Part shown: positions 1 through 12,629 of the stretch, one piece after another
Numbering within the stretch: the first letter of the stretch is position 1
How the letters are laid out: each line of letters begins with the position of its first letter
Assembly (NCBI RefSeq): GCF_030144855.1
Contig: NC_082710.1
Span: forward strand, 149,234,001 to 149,298,000
Length of the DNA: 64,000 bases
Direction of reading: 5' to 3'
Source of the DNA: Hypanus sabinus
Lineage: Eukaryota
Made by a program: the position numbers and the translations under genes
The notes under the pieces: generated by a model
Told to the model about the DNA's origin: nothing
Databases searched by the model: none
Seen by the model: the letters and a program-made list of their open reading frames with translations, nothing else

Positions 1-775
1 AGGGTAATTTACCTTCTTCTTTCTATGAAGCGTCTATTTCCTTAATCCTTAAGAAAGATAAAGATCCTACTGAATGTTCATCATATAGAACTATTTTGTT
101 ATTAACTGTTGATGCAAAAATCCTTTCTAAAATAATAGCTGACTGCTTGGAAAATATTTTAACTAAAATCATCTCTAAGGATCAAACAGGCTTTATTAAA
201 GGCCATTACTCTTTCTCCAATGTTCGGAGACTGATTAACATCATTATCTATGGAACCCCAATGTGTTATTTCTCTTGACACAGAAAAAGCATTTGATAGT
301 GTTGAGTGGTCATATCTGTTTAAAGCATTAGAACAATTTGGTTTTGGTAATAATTTCAATAGGTGGATTCAAAAGATCTATAAGAATCCTACTGCTATGG
401 TTATTACTAATAATTTCAGGTCCTCTTTTTTCACTTTTGCGTGGTACTAGACAGGGATGTCCATTAAGCCCGTTGCTATTTAATCTTGTACAGGAGCCTT
501 TGGCCATAACACTCCGAGAAGGTAAAAATATCCATGGTATCTCTATGAATGGGACCATACATAAGTTTTCTCTTTATGAAGATGATATTTTGGTTTTTAG
601 TTCGAACCCTGAGGAATCAATTCCTAATCTTTTGGAAATACTAAAGGATTTTGGAAAATTTTCAGGATATAAACTTAACTTGAATAAAAGTGAATTGTTT
701 CCATTAAATGCCCCTGTTTTTATACATAATGATATTCCATTTAGAATTGTTAATTCTTTTAAAGATTTAGATAAG
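1..775 (+). mobile_element. L1-clade LINE ORF2 (RT region), degenerate
   Basis: Frameshifted pieces LLTVDAKILSKIIA..DQTGFIKG, ISLDTEKAFDSVEW, RGTRQGCPLSPLLF, LYEDDIL (YADD-like). Confidence 0.9.
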
Positions 776-780
776 CTGTT

Positions 781-1810
781 AACTGTCCTGTGCTATTATC
801 AGTGGGATCATCAGTTGACCTGCCACCTGTCTTCAGGAGTTTCGGCCCGTTTATGATCAAGACTCCCTCGAGGTGGTGGGCCAGCAGTGCTAAAGCACCA
901 CCTCCCACTGATGAGCTTAACAACTTGGCATCTGCCTCTATCAGAGTTGTTGGTCGCTTCCATCCAACAGATAGTCCACTCTTCAGGTATCTATGCAGCT
1001 AATGAAGAGTTTACAAAAGATGGATACACTGTCCGATTATCTCCCCTTTGGACGTACTTGGTCCACACCCATGATGATCCTGTCTCTGTTGCCTCAGCTA
1101 CAGCCCTGCTGGTTGACTTGATCTCTCTTCTAGTGAAGCCAAGGTCACGCAGCCACTTCTGGAAAGTGAACGCAATAAAGCCACGGCACCCTACTTTGAA
1201 TGGATAGCATGAGACCGTCCACCCTCTGTCTCTGCAATCTGATCTTTATTCTGCATACTTGGTTAACTTGTGCTCATGGGCTTCATCGATGTTGTTTTCC
1301 CAGGGGACTGTGAGTTCTCCAATAACCATCTCTCTACTGGTGTCAGACCATGCGATTATATCTGGATGCAATGTGGTGAAAACTATTTGCTCCGGGAAAC
1401 TGCCTCTCCCATCCAGTTCGGCCTTGACACACCAATCATTGGCTGAAGAAAGTATGCTCGATCGTGGGCCTGCGCTGTACACCCTTGACTTGGAGCCATC
1501 TTACACAAATGATATGCGATGTTCTGTGCAGCATGGGGCATGAGATAAGTTGTGCTGCAGTACTCTCTGCTCAACCGCTTCTGTTACAACTTTGAGAACG
1601 TTGTTACGACTCCAAGTGTACACGCTGCTGAAAGATTGACCCTGCATGCACTCAAAATATGCTGAAGTGTTCCCTTCTCACCACAACCAGCACACCTGTC
1701 TGTCTTATCTTCATACCAGGTGCTGAGGTTGGCAGGTGTTGGGAGCAGGTCAGACATTGCTCTGTATAGAAAAGAAATGTGGAGCAGTTCCATCTGCCAC
1801 AGAACATTCC
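781..1810 (-). mobile_element. HERO/NeSL-like non-LTR retrotransposon 3' fragment (CCHC knuckle + restriction-like endonuclease), inserted into the L1
   Basis: Minus strand LPTPANLSTW..CAGCGEKGTLQHILSAC, then PDIIAWS..ELTVPWENNIDEAHEHKLTKY, and C-terminal AVAEATETGSSWVW. Confidence 0.75.
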
Positions 1811-3600
1811 AAGATAGGTGTCTTGGATATAAAGATATCCAATATAAAGATCTCTATAAGGCTAATGTAGTTCCTTTAATGGACTCCATGAAACAACTAT
1901 TTTCTAGATGGAATCCACTTACTCTTTCTTTAATAGGTCATATCCATGCCGTGAAAATGATGATTTTACCTAGAGTTTTATATCTTTTTCAAAATATACC
2001 TATCTTTTTAACTAAAAAAATTTTGATCAAATTGACTCCATTATTTTGTCCTTTACTTGGAACAATGAAAGACCAAGAGTTAATAAGTATCATTTATGAT
2101 AATCTAAAAAAGATGGTGGACTTCCACTTCCTAATTTAAGGCTGTAATATTGGGCTATTAATATCTGGCAATTATGTTTTTGGTTATATTGGCTTGATAA
2201 GAGCCAAAAACCAGTTTGGATTGATTTGTCAAACAATTTGTCAAAGCTGTCAAACAATTTTATTTAACCTCATTATTGGGAGCTCCATTACCTTTACAGC
2301 TGTCTAAAATTCCAAATTTAAATCTCTACCCTGTTATTAAACAGTACTTATGGATTTGGTTTCAGTTTCGCAATTTTTAAAATATTAAACAACTTAAATT
2401 ATATGGTTCTCTATATCGAAATTTTAAATTTAAACCTTCAATAACTGATCCCACTTTTCTCTTATGGAGAATTAAGGGGATCTGTTCTTCTACAGATTTA
2501 TTTTGTGATGGTCGATTGATGACTTTTGATGAGTTAATCAGCAAATATTCTCTCTCTCATACACACTTTCTGCAATATTTTCAGATCAGACATTTCTTAC
2601 AACAATACTTATCTAAATTTCCACATATGCAAGAATCTGATTTGTTGGAAACCATTTTGAATTTGAATCCTTTAGTAAGAGGTTCCATTGGTAGAATTTA
2701 TAATTGAATTTTACTATAAAAAGATAACCTCTCACTAAAGATTAAACAAGATTGGGAGAGAGAACTTAATATGAGCTTTGTTAATGAAGATTGGTTGCGA
2801 GTTCTGAAAATGGTAAATTCTTCAATATGTACCAATCACTGTTTTAATTCAATTTAAAATTGTTCACCATTATTATTTAACAAAGGAGAGAATATCCAAA
2901 TTATTTCCTAGCATAGACAATTACTGTGATAGGTGTAAAACTGAAGTAGCATATATGTTCTGGTCATGTTCTTCATTAAAATCTTTTTGTAAATCTTTAT
3001 TTTCTACAATTTCTAAATCGCTGAGAATTAATTTACAACCTAATACATTGACTGTTCTATTTGGAATAGTTCCACATCATATTCAGGGTATTTCATCTTC
3101 AGATCAACATGTAATTCTATTTGTTACATTATTGGCAAGAAGGGCTATTTTATTAAAATGGAAATGTACCTCTGTCCCTGCATTAATTCATTTGTTTTCT
3201 CAAGTAATTTTATGTCTCAGTTTGGAAAAAATTAGAAGTAAAACTTTTGATCCTCGATTTGATTTTGAGAGAAGATGGGCTCTTTTGCCAAATATTATCA
3301 TTTAATTTGAGTTATTTTATATGGTTTCTTTCCAATTTTATTCTATATAAACATGAATTGGTGGTTGATGATTCTTTTCCTTTATATATATAGATGATGG
3401 TAAGACGTATTGCTCCGGGGGTTGATTCCTAATGGGATTTTTTTTCCTTATTTCTTTCTTTTGTAGTTATTGTTTTTTTTTAGTTAGTTGGGGTTCTCTT
3501 TTTTCCTTCTTTTCCTTATATAAAAAATTATTTTCATTTTCATATATTACGATTAGTTTGTTGAAGTTTTGCATCATTTCATAGCTGTAGAAGATTATGT
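1811..3600 (+). mobile_element. L1 ORF2 C-terminal part and 3' UTR (continuation of 1-775)
   Basis: RWNPLTLSLIGHIHAVKMMILPRVLYLFQ; YCDRCK..MFWSC; LLARRAILLKWK; AT-rich 3' UTR. Confidence 0.85.
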
Positions 3601-3639
3601 ATTAATAACAATATTCTAAAAGTGAAAATGAGAAATAGG

Positions 3640-4345
3640 AGCAGGAGTCGGCCATCTGGCCCATTGAGCCTGCTCTGTCGTCCAATAAGATCGTGGCTGA
3701 TCTGGCCATGGATTCATCTGCACCTACCTGCCTTTTCCGCATGACCCTTAGTTCCCCTAGTATGCAAAAATCTACCAACCTTGTCTTAAATATATTTACT
3801 GAGGTAGCCTCCACTGTTTCATCTGCAGAGAATTCCACAGATTCACCACCCTCTGGGGAAAGCAGTTCCTCATCTCCACCCTAAATCCACTCCCCCAAAT
3901 CTTGCGTTTATGTCCCCTAGTTCTAGTCTCACCTATCAGTGGAAACAACTTTCCTGCCTCTATCTTTTTGAAAATCTCTTTGAAAGTCCACTGTTCCTCA
4001 ACCATCCCACCATAAAGCCTGTGTTCCCAGTCTGCACTGGCCAAATCCTCCCTCATCTCATTGTAGTCTTCATTGTTTAGGCATATTACACTGGTTTTCG
4101 ATGGAATTGTTGCACCCTCTATTGGTATGAGAAGCTCAGTCATACTGTGATCACTCTTTCCAGAAGGATCCCTAACTACAAGATCTGCATCATTGCACAG
4201 GACCAGGTCCAAGATAACACATTCCCTTGTAGGGTCAGTAACATGCTGTTCAAGAAAGCCATCACAGATGCATTCTTTGAAATCCCCCAAGAGTGCCTCG
4301 ACCAACTTGATTCACCCAATCTATGTGCAAGTTAAAGTTCCCATG
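3640..4345 (-). mobile_element. CR1 LINE fragments (APE end joined to RT 3' end; internally deleted)
   Basis: FLEQHVTDPTRECVILDLVLCN..SDH then TRGHK..FPQRVVNLWNSL on the minus strand; CR1 3' UTR near 3650-3700. Confidence 0.8.
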
Positions 4346-5009
4346 ATAACTGCTGTTCCATTCTTACATACTTCAGATATTTCTCTGTTTTATTGCCTGT
4401 GGCACTGTAATGTTATTATTCGGTGGCCGATAGACAACTCACACCAGATATTTTTCCCCATTACTATTCCTAATCTCCACCCAGATGGACTCAATATTCT
4501 ACCTCTTAGATTTTATATTGTTTCTCACTATTGCCCTGATCTCATCTTTAATTAAGAGCATCTATAGGAGGCTATTAATTGACTGTAATCACAGAAGCCT
4601 GTGAAAGGATGGTGTCTGGACCAGAGTGTAATATTATAATCAAAGTGTGTGATGGAATCTTACCCCATTACAGCACAGAGAGAGCTGATTCTATCATTGC
4701 TGACCCTACTGGCTTAAAGAGTTACCCAGTACTCACCCACTCTTGTAACCCTGTTCCCATCACCCCATTCTGTCCATGATGGATTCACATCGATCACATT
4801 ATCCTTAATTCCCCCATTTTTCACAGCCCTTGAGCTTGCATTCAGAATGATCTTCCCCTTGGACAAAAGGCATTGTTTGCCTTCGTATGGTCTCTGACAG
4901 TGACTGACTGTCGCCATTCCTGGATCTGGGTCTCCACGGGTTTAAACTGTCCTGTTTAGCAACAGCCGCCAGTCTGTCCTGTCAAAAACTGAGTGGAGAA
5001 TCTGTAAAC

Positions 5010-5175
5010 ACAAAGTACACTGCAGATGCTGTGGTCAAATCAACACGTACAAACAAGCTGGATGAACTCAGCAGGTCGGGCAGCATCCGTTGAAACGAGC
5101 AGTCAACGTTTCGGGCCGAGTCCCTTCGTCCGGTCCTGACCTGCTGAGTTCATCCAGCTTGTTTGTACGTGTTGA
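5010..5175 (-). mobile_element. Penelope-like element terminal fragment with a local inversion
   Basis: Matches the PLE 3' terminal sequence at 51670-51790; perfect 38-bp inverted repeat 5040-5077 / 5138-5175. Confidence 0.75.
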
Positions 5176-5471
5176 GTGGAGAAGCTGGACCAGGCTTTGG
5201 GAATCTCCCTGACTTTATCAAACCCCGCCCCATGTTCAGCTTGAATTCTCTTTTCACGACTCTGAAAAGCAGGTTCTGTGCATTCCGAGGTTGGTTTAAT
5301 CCAGAGGACAGAAATGCTTTTAATGGGGCTTTTAGCATCCTGTAGGAAGGTTGACCTTCCAATTTCCAGATGACACTAGCAGTTCCACAACAATCAGAAA
5401 CCATCTCCATAAGGGATTTTTAAGCCAAAAGGTTTGATGTTATTCACTGGAGGCCCAAACTCTGTTTGCAT

Positions 5472-6517
5472 TTACTATGCCCTCACTGACACACTTACAG
5501 TATTCTCTCCCTGTCACACTTACTATGCCCTCACTGACACACTTACAGTATCCTCTCCCTGTCTCACTTACTATGCCCTCACTGACACACTTACAGTATC
5601 CTCTCCCTGTCACACTTACTATGCCCTCACTGACACACTTACAGTATCCTCTCCCTGTCTCACTTACTATGCCCTCACTGACACACTTACAGTATCCTCT
5701 CCCTGTCACACTTACTATGCCCTCACTGACACACTTACAGTATCCTCTCCCTGTCACACTTACTATGCCCTCACTGACACACTTACAGTATCCACTGTCA
5801 CACTTACTATGCCCTCACTGACACACTTACAGTATCCACTCCCTGTCACACTTACTATGCCCTCACTGACACACTTACAGTATCCTCTCCCTGTCACACT
5901 TACTATGTTCTCACTGACACACTTACAGTATTCTCTCCCTGTCACACTTACTATGCCCTCACTGACACATTTACAGTATCCTCTCCCTGTCACACTTACT
6001 ATGCCTTCACTGACACACTTACAGTATCCTCTCCCTGTCACACTTACTATGCCCTCACTGACACACTTACAGTATCCTCTCCCTGTCACACTTACTATGC
6101 CCTCACTGACACACTTACAGTATCCTCTCCCTGTCACACTTACTATGTTCTCACTGACACACTTACAGTATTCTCTCCCTGTCACACTTACTATGCCCTC
6201 ACTGACACATTTACAGTATCCTCTCCCTGTCACACTTACTATGCCTTCACTGACACACTTACAGTATCCTCTCCCTATCACACTTACTATGTTCTCACTG
6301 ACACACTTACAGTATTCTCTCCCTGTCACACTTACTATGTTCTCACGGACACACTTACAGTATCCTCTCCCTGTCACACTTACTATGTTCTCACTGACAC
6401 ACTTACAGTATTCTCTCCCTGTCACACTTACTATGCCCTCACTGACACACTTACAGTATCCTCTCCCTGTCACACTTACTATGTTCTCACTGACACACTT
6501 ACAGTATCCTCTCCCTG
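5472..6517. repeat. 48-bp minisatellite, about 22 copies
   Basis: Unit cacttactatgccctcactgacacacttacagtatcctctccctgtca; one unit near 5790 is 4 bp short. Confidence 0.97.
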
Positions 6518-6519
6518 AT

Positions 6520-8130
6520 AAACTGTGCACACGTGGCTTTGGTGGACATACTGTTCATGCTGTCGGTCGGGTACAACATCCGCTGCAGCCTACAGAACTG
6601 CCCAGAGGCAGCCATCACATCAGCAGCTGAGAGAGCCAATGCACAGGCATTAATCGAGAGAATTAATCACAGATACGATCCAGTAACAGAACACAGAATC
6701 ATTTTTGTCACAGTCACACGGGACACACTCAATGTTTGCGACTCTGGTAATACTGGTGGTAAACAGCAAGGACCCAGTGCAGAACATCTGTAACACATGA
6801 TTGACACGGAATTGTAGAGCACCAGGACATGTGGGATACTGGCCTCATCGAGGTCTCTACACAGGGATCGCCAGGGTGTGGCCACAGGGTCCCTAATCAA
6901 GTGCTTGACTGGTCAGCAGTCATGGCCAGAGCTTTCCCTGAAGCCAAACGAGCTCTTTCCAATGCAACTCCCACCAGCAAACCCACACCCCAATGCGCCA
7001 ACACCCATTACCACTGATGCTTCAGTCTATGTTTCGGTGCTGTGTTCGAAAAGTTGGTCGGAGGCCAACTCGCCTTCTGCAGCCGGGAGCTCCGTCCCCC
7101 CGAAAGGGAGTCCAGCACATAGGACCACAACCTTCTCAGTCTCTCTCTGGCTGTCCGCTAGTTACGCTTTCTACCGGAAGGTCGGCATTTTACAGCGTTC
7201 GTAGAAAACAAACCCCTCCTGCACGCGATGGCGAAAATATCAGAGTCTTGTTGTGCACGGCAGCAACACCACCCGGCCAACATATCACACTTCACGGCTG
7301 ACATCCAACACATCAAGGGGAAATATAACGCCGTGGCCGATTGCCTCTGACAGCCAACAGTGGTGACCATACTCATCAGAGTTGATTATGCCGGCACAGC
7401 AGCCGACAAGCGACTGAACACAGCCTCAGAATACACAGGCTCTATTGGAGGCGTACTGTTCTTAATTCCATTCACGGCCTCGCAGAAACTGGTTCCACTA
7501 AACTGAGAAAGGACGTGAGTGATTGGAGAGCAGCCTGTGTTGAGTGCTAGTGAGCGAAAACTAATGGTCACATTCGAGCACCATCACCACCCTGTGAGAT
7601 CCCTGAGTGATGGTTTGACCATGTCAGTGTAGGCTTCTCCATCCACTTCACCCCACGGGTTTCAAGCATCTCTTACCAGAGGCCAGAGGCCGTTCCTCCA
7701 GCATTGAAGATTGCCATCAGTGCCTGGCTGCTGGGTTTGGCACCCCATTTGATATTTCCTCTGACCGCAGTCCCTGTTAACATCGGACCTCTGGGCTGTG
7801 ATGACCCAGAACCTTGGCGTTAGGCTACGTCACACCATGGCGTGTCACCCGCAGTCCAGTGGCCTGTGTGAATGATTTCACCGCTCTTTAAAGGCTGCTG
7901 TAAGGATTTCCCTGATGGATGAGTGTTGGCATGATCATCTCCCGTGGGTCCTGCTGGGGCTCAGAATTGCTCCAAAGGAGGACCTGCAGTCATCCTCGGC
8001 TGAGCTGGTGTACGGGCAGCCATTACAAGTGCCGGGTAATTTCATTTCTGACACCAGGATCTCAGGTCGGCCTCTCAGCAGCGTTCGCTGGATGCACACC
8101 AACACCCCTTAGGTACCCTTACGATGGTCC
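6520..8130 (+). mobile_element. Gypsy LTR-retrotransposon pol remnant (RNase H end, integrase)
   Basis: TADIQHIKGKYNAVADCL near 7300; YHPQSSGLC; WHDHLPWVLLGLRIAPKEDLQSSSAELVYG (7915-8112). Confidence 0.85.
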
Positions 8131-8319
8131 ATTCCGTCTGCTGGCCCACCATTACAATATCTGGGTTATGACCGCAGGAAAAAGTGGCTGGACTCGCTTA
8201 GCACTATGGAGCAAGGGTGTTTATTAAGCTTGTCAAAATCAAACTAACAAAAGTTAGCAAAAATAAAACTGCCAATATATATATACAAAAAGCTATCTAA
8301 CAGAAAACACAACAAATAA

Positions 8320-8445
8320 ATCCTGATGAAGGGTCTCGGCCTGAAACGTTGACTCTTTATTCTTTTCCATGGACGCTGCCTGGCCTGCTGAGTTCCTCCA
8401 GCATTTTGTGTGTGCAGATTGGATTTCCAGCATCCGCGGATTTTC
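8320..8445 (+). mobile_element. Penelope-like element 3' end with a hammerhead core (helix I largely lost)
   Basis: CTGATGA 8323-8329, AGG..CCT stem, GAAACGTT 8343-8350, followed by the typical PLE tail. Confidence 0.7.
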
Positions 8446-8699
8446 TCGTCTGAATAGCCCCACATTATTTTTGTCCAGTCTGAACTCCTGGCAGCTCGAT
8501 CGCTCACTCACACTGAGAGCGAACCGCCCCGTTTTCTTAAGGCACCAGGGCATAACATTGGAATTACCCACAACATTAACTTAAGACTGCACATAAATCA
8601 GAATATGATGCACAATGCAGTTACACTCATATTACAAAATAACTGACATCCACCTTAAATACTACAAACAACAACATACACGCATTTACAGATCCCCAT

Positions 8700-9790
8700 T
8701 ATTCTTTCCAATATTATTATTAATTTACATATAAGAATACAGAGTACTGTACAAGAAAAAATATATCAATATATTATACTAAATTGCATATAAAGACTCC
8801 TTACCCTATATTCATACAGACTAATTAATTTGTAACATTGAAATATAGTAAATTTATTATTTTTTAAAATCTAACCCACTACCAAGACCGAAGCTGATTA
8901 AAGAAAAAAAAGGAAAAAAATTATTAGTCATCATCTGTGCTTTAACAGCAAATCAAAGGTTTTGAAAATAATTCAAAAGAGGTTCCCACAATGTTTGTAA
9001 GTCTTGGCTAGATTCAGAGATGTAACATCATATCTTCTCTAAATTTAAACATGACATCACATCACCTAACCATTGGGCGTGAATAGGAGGGGCCACATCT
9101 TTCCATTTAAGCAAGAGCATCCTTCTGGCCATAAGAGAAATAAAAGACAAAATGTGCAAGTCAGATGACTCCAAAATAATATTCTTTCCTTCACCAATAT
9201 CAAATAAAGTGGTCAAAGGATTAGGCGTAAAGTTTACTTTTTTAAACCCTCTAAGATTGATGTGGCTTTTAAAGAATGGAATAGATTAGGTATTAAATGC
9301 TTTCAGGACTTGTTTGTAGAAGGAAGTTTCTTTTCAATCGAACAACTGTCAACTAAATATAGGTTACCCAAAACTCATTTTTTTCAATACCTACAAATAA
9401 GAGATTTTTTTATGGTCTCAAATAAGTACATTTCCTAAAAGACCTGATCAGAATCTACTAGATGTAATTTTTAATTTGAAACCTTTCTATAATAGATCTA
9501 TATCTAATATTTATAATATGCTGTTGGGAATGAGAAGTGTTCCTTTAGATAAAGTTAAAAATCTTTGGGAACAAGATTTACAAACTTCAATTTCTGTGGA
9601 AACTTGGAATCAAATTTTTAAATTGGTTAGCACTTCATCGTTATGTGTCCGCCACTCTCTCTACAATTTAAAGTGGCCCATAGGGCCCAGATGACCAAGG
9701 ACAAGTTGTCTCATTTTTATTTAGATATATTTCCGTATTGTGATAAATGTAATAATGGAGAAGCTTCATTCATTCATATGTTTTTGTCAT
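8700..9790 (-). mobile_element. 5'-inverted L1 insertion (3' part on -, upstream part on +)
   Basis: Minus 9028-9216 TTLFD..MARRMLLLKWKD; plus 9476-9790 LWEQDL..YCDKC..HMFLSC. Confidence 0.75.
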
Positions 9791-10189
9791 GCTTCTGGTT
9801 GGCTTTAACACTCCTTTCTCCCTGATTATGCCCTAATTTCAGTCATTAGATCTCCAATTGCTGCTAGTTTACTCAATTACAGTACACGTGGTTTTCATCA
9901 GAGACTGAAATAAGTACGATGGTGTCACTATCACAGGTTGCCAGTTTGTTAGTCTTTTCCCATGTGATAACTTCGTTTCCTGACCGCTTAGAACCGTTAG
10001 TTCTAAGTTCAGCTCCAGTTTCAAGATATTCCAGGAAAACCCTGTCTCCGTGTTAAGACTCCATATCAGAGCTCCGTGTCAAGATTCCTTCGGTTTGCTG
10101 TTCAACGTTCACATCTGCGCCCGCATCCCCAACTCAATCTCTGTGCCTGTGTCCTGCACTTGGGTTCTCCTCATTTGCTCCGTGCAACA

Positions 10190-10560
10190 GTTTTGGACAT
10201 GTCCGACTGTTGGAAAATATTGGAAAAAAGTATTTCAAACTTTCTCGATACTGATCCCCATTATTAAAGAAATGGAATATTCCACTGTGTATGGTGGGAC
10301 TGGCAGCAAAAACGGATCCATTATAGGAATATACCAGGGGAATAACTGACCTGTGCTCACTTAGCACAATGGCAGCAGAATGTTGTTCTGAGGGAGCAGA
10401 TTCACAGACTTGGTAAGTGAGTCTGATGCATATCAATCCTGTATTTACAAGATTCGACCAAATATCCAGGTTCTCCAAGTTACATGGACAACAAAGCTAA
10501 ATATTCCACAAACAGATACTTAGATTAGATTGTGCATATATTTGCAGAGTACTTTCCCAA
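10190..10560 (-). mobile_element. L1 ORF2 fragment
   Basis: MENLDIWSNL; sequence shared with the L1 fragment at 15504-15558. Confidence 0.6.
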
Positions 10561-10599
10561 TAATATTTTGGCACCTGTGGTGACTTCAGTGTGAAAATG

Positions 10600-11520
10600 A
10601 ATGCCTGGGGACAGAAGGAAGAGAGGCTGAGCCCATGCAGTGTGCTGTTCCTTTACTGCCGAGGTGACTGAAAACCAGACAGTGTCTTCACCACAAATAG
10701 GAAAGAGGTGCTGCATCCTTCAAATGGTCCATTCGATAAATGGCACAGTAAAAACGCTCCCGGCTGATGTATAAACTAACCCCCGACATGCCAAATGACA
10801 AAGAAACATTTTTCGTAATTTCCCACTTACAGTTTTGTAGATTGAGGGTGAGACCGACAGCATGAATATTCCCCAAGATCCTTTACAAATGGTTGAAGTG
10901 CTTTGACCACGCTTGGCTTTAGACAACCACATCATCTCGGCAGGCCACACTACAGTCCTCACAACCTTGCAGGACTCGGTCCATCAGTCGCTGGAGAACC
11001 ATGAGGATCACGGGGCATCATGGTGAATGGAAGCAGACCCAGGGTGTGTGGAAGGTAGTGATTGGTTGTCCAGGGGAACCTGCCAGTAGCCTTTATTACA
11101 ATCCAGTGTAGTGATATCATTTGCCCTCTGATCATTTCCAGTAGATCGTCAATACGAGACATGGGATAGGCTTCAAGTAAGGAAATGGCATTTAACTTCC
11201 GGAAATCAATGCATAACCTCAGGGTACCATCCTTCCCGGGGACAGTAACAGTAGGACAGCTCCACTCACTATCTGGAGGCTCGATGACTCCCAGCTCCGG
11301 CTTGGTCCGATTCTCATTATTCAGGGCTCCCACAGTTCACTCTGGCACTCTGTGGCAGTGTCGGCGTAGTGAACCCTGATCCTGAAGGAGTGTGTTAGGA
11401 CCGTTGTCAGCCCTGGTCTCTGCTGGAACAACTGAGGAAAACCAGCAAACACTCTCTGAAGCTCCACTGGTTGTTTGTCATCGAGGTGGGAGAGGTCAAC
11501 CTTCCCAGTCCCCTTCCAGG
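10600..11520 (-). mobile_element. Gypsy pol remnant (RT/RNase H)
   Basis: GVIEPPDSEWSCPTVTVPGKDGTLRLCIDFRKLNAIS..YPMSRIDDLLE (10959-11333). Confidence 0.85.
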
Positions 11521-11529
11521 CCTCAATAA

Positions 11530-12415
11530 CCCCTTCCAAACCATCAATGAACACATCATCCGTACGTATATCAAAGAGGCAGGAGGACCAGCATATCTCC
11601 CATGGTGCCATTGCCTGCATAACTTGCGAGGCCTTTTTACCCCCTCGCACAGACTGGCATCAAGTCAGGCAGAGGTTGCAACCCGGACTTCAGACAGTCC
11701 TTCCAGGTGAGGTGACACTTCACCTGTGAGTCGGCTGGAGTGGTATACTGCATCTGGTGCTCCCGGTGCGGCCTTTTATATATTGGTGCGACCCGACGCA
11801 GACTGGGAGACCTACGTTCTGTCTGCCAGAGAAAGCAGGATCTCCCAGTGGCCAGACATTTTAATTCCATGTCCCATTCCCATTCTGATATGTCTATCCA
11901 TGGCCTCCTCTACTGTCAAGATGAGGCCAAGGACACTCAGGTTGGAGGAACAACACCTCATATCATGTCTGGGTAGCCTCCAACCTGATGGCATGAATAA
12001 TGACTTTTCTAACTTCCATTAATGCCCCGCCTCCCCTTCTTACCCCATCCCTGATTTAGTTATACTCCCCTCCTTTTTTTCTCTCTCTGCTCATCACTCT
12101 TTGTCTGTTCTCCATTTCCGTCTGGTGCTCCCCTCCCCCTTTCTTTCTCCCTTGGCCTCCTGTCCCATGATCCTTTCCCTTCTCCAGCTCTGTATCCCTT
12201 TTGTCAATCACCTTTCCAGCTCTTAGCTTCAGCCCACCCCCTCCTGTCTTCTCCTATCAGTTCAGATTTACCCCTTCCCCTCCTACTTTCAAATCTCTTA
12301 CTATCTTTTCTCTCAGTTAGTCCTGATGAAGGGTCTCGGCCCGAAACGTCGACAGTGCTTCTCCCTATAGATGCTGCCTGGCCTGCTGTGTTCCACCAGC
12401 ATTTTGAGTGTGTAA
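11530..12415 (+). mobile_element. Penelope-like element 3' portion (GIY-YIG end, 3' UTR, hammerhead)
   Basis: VYCIWCSRCGLLYIGATRRRLGD; LRLEEQHLI..LGSLQPDGMN.DFSNF. Confidence 0.9.
12320..12353 (+). ncRNA. Minimal type I hammerhead ribozyme of a Penelope-like element
   Basis: GTC(12320-22)/GAC(12351-53) helix I; CTGATGA 12323-29; GGG/CCC helix II; GAAA 12343-46; CGTC giving a GUC cleavage triplet. Confidence 0.75.
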
Positions 12416-12629
12416 CCCGGACTTTACTTTGGTTTTAGCACAAGTCATGGCAAAATAAGAAACACACCCTGTACTACTGGATTAACCAACAGAAATGATT
12501 GGCTATGCCCCTTCCTCAGTAACTCATATAACAAGGGCAAATCTCGCTCCATGATTCATGTCAGCTGATAGTTTCTCCTGCAAATCCACCTTCATCAAGG
12601 CCATAACTGTTCTTTTTTAATGTAAGTTA

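Noticed and set aside
5434-6630. 398-aa and other long ORFs (TLTMPSLTHLQYPLPV and GRGYCKCVSEGIVSV repeats)
   Set aside because: By-products of a 48-bp stop-free minisatellite; the frame shifts at a 4-bp-short unit; no splice or domain support.
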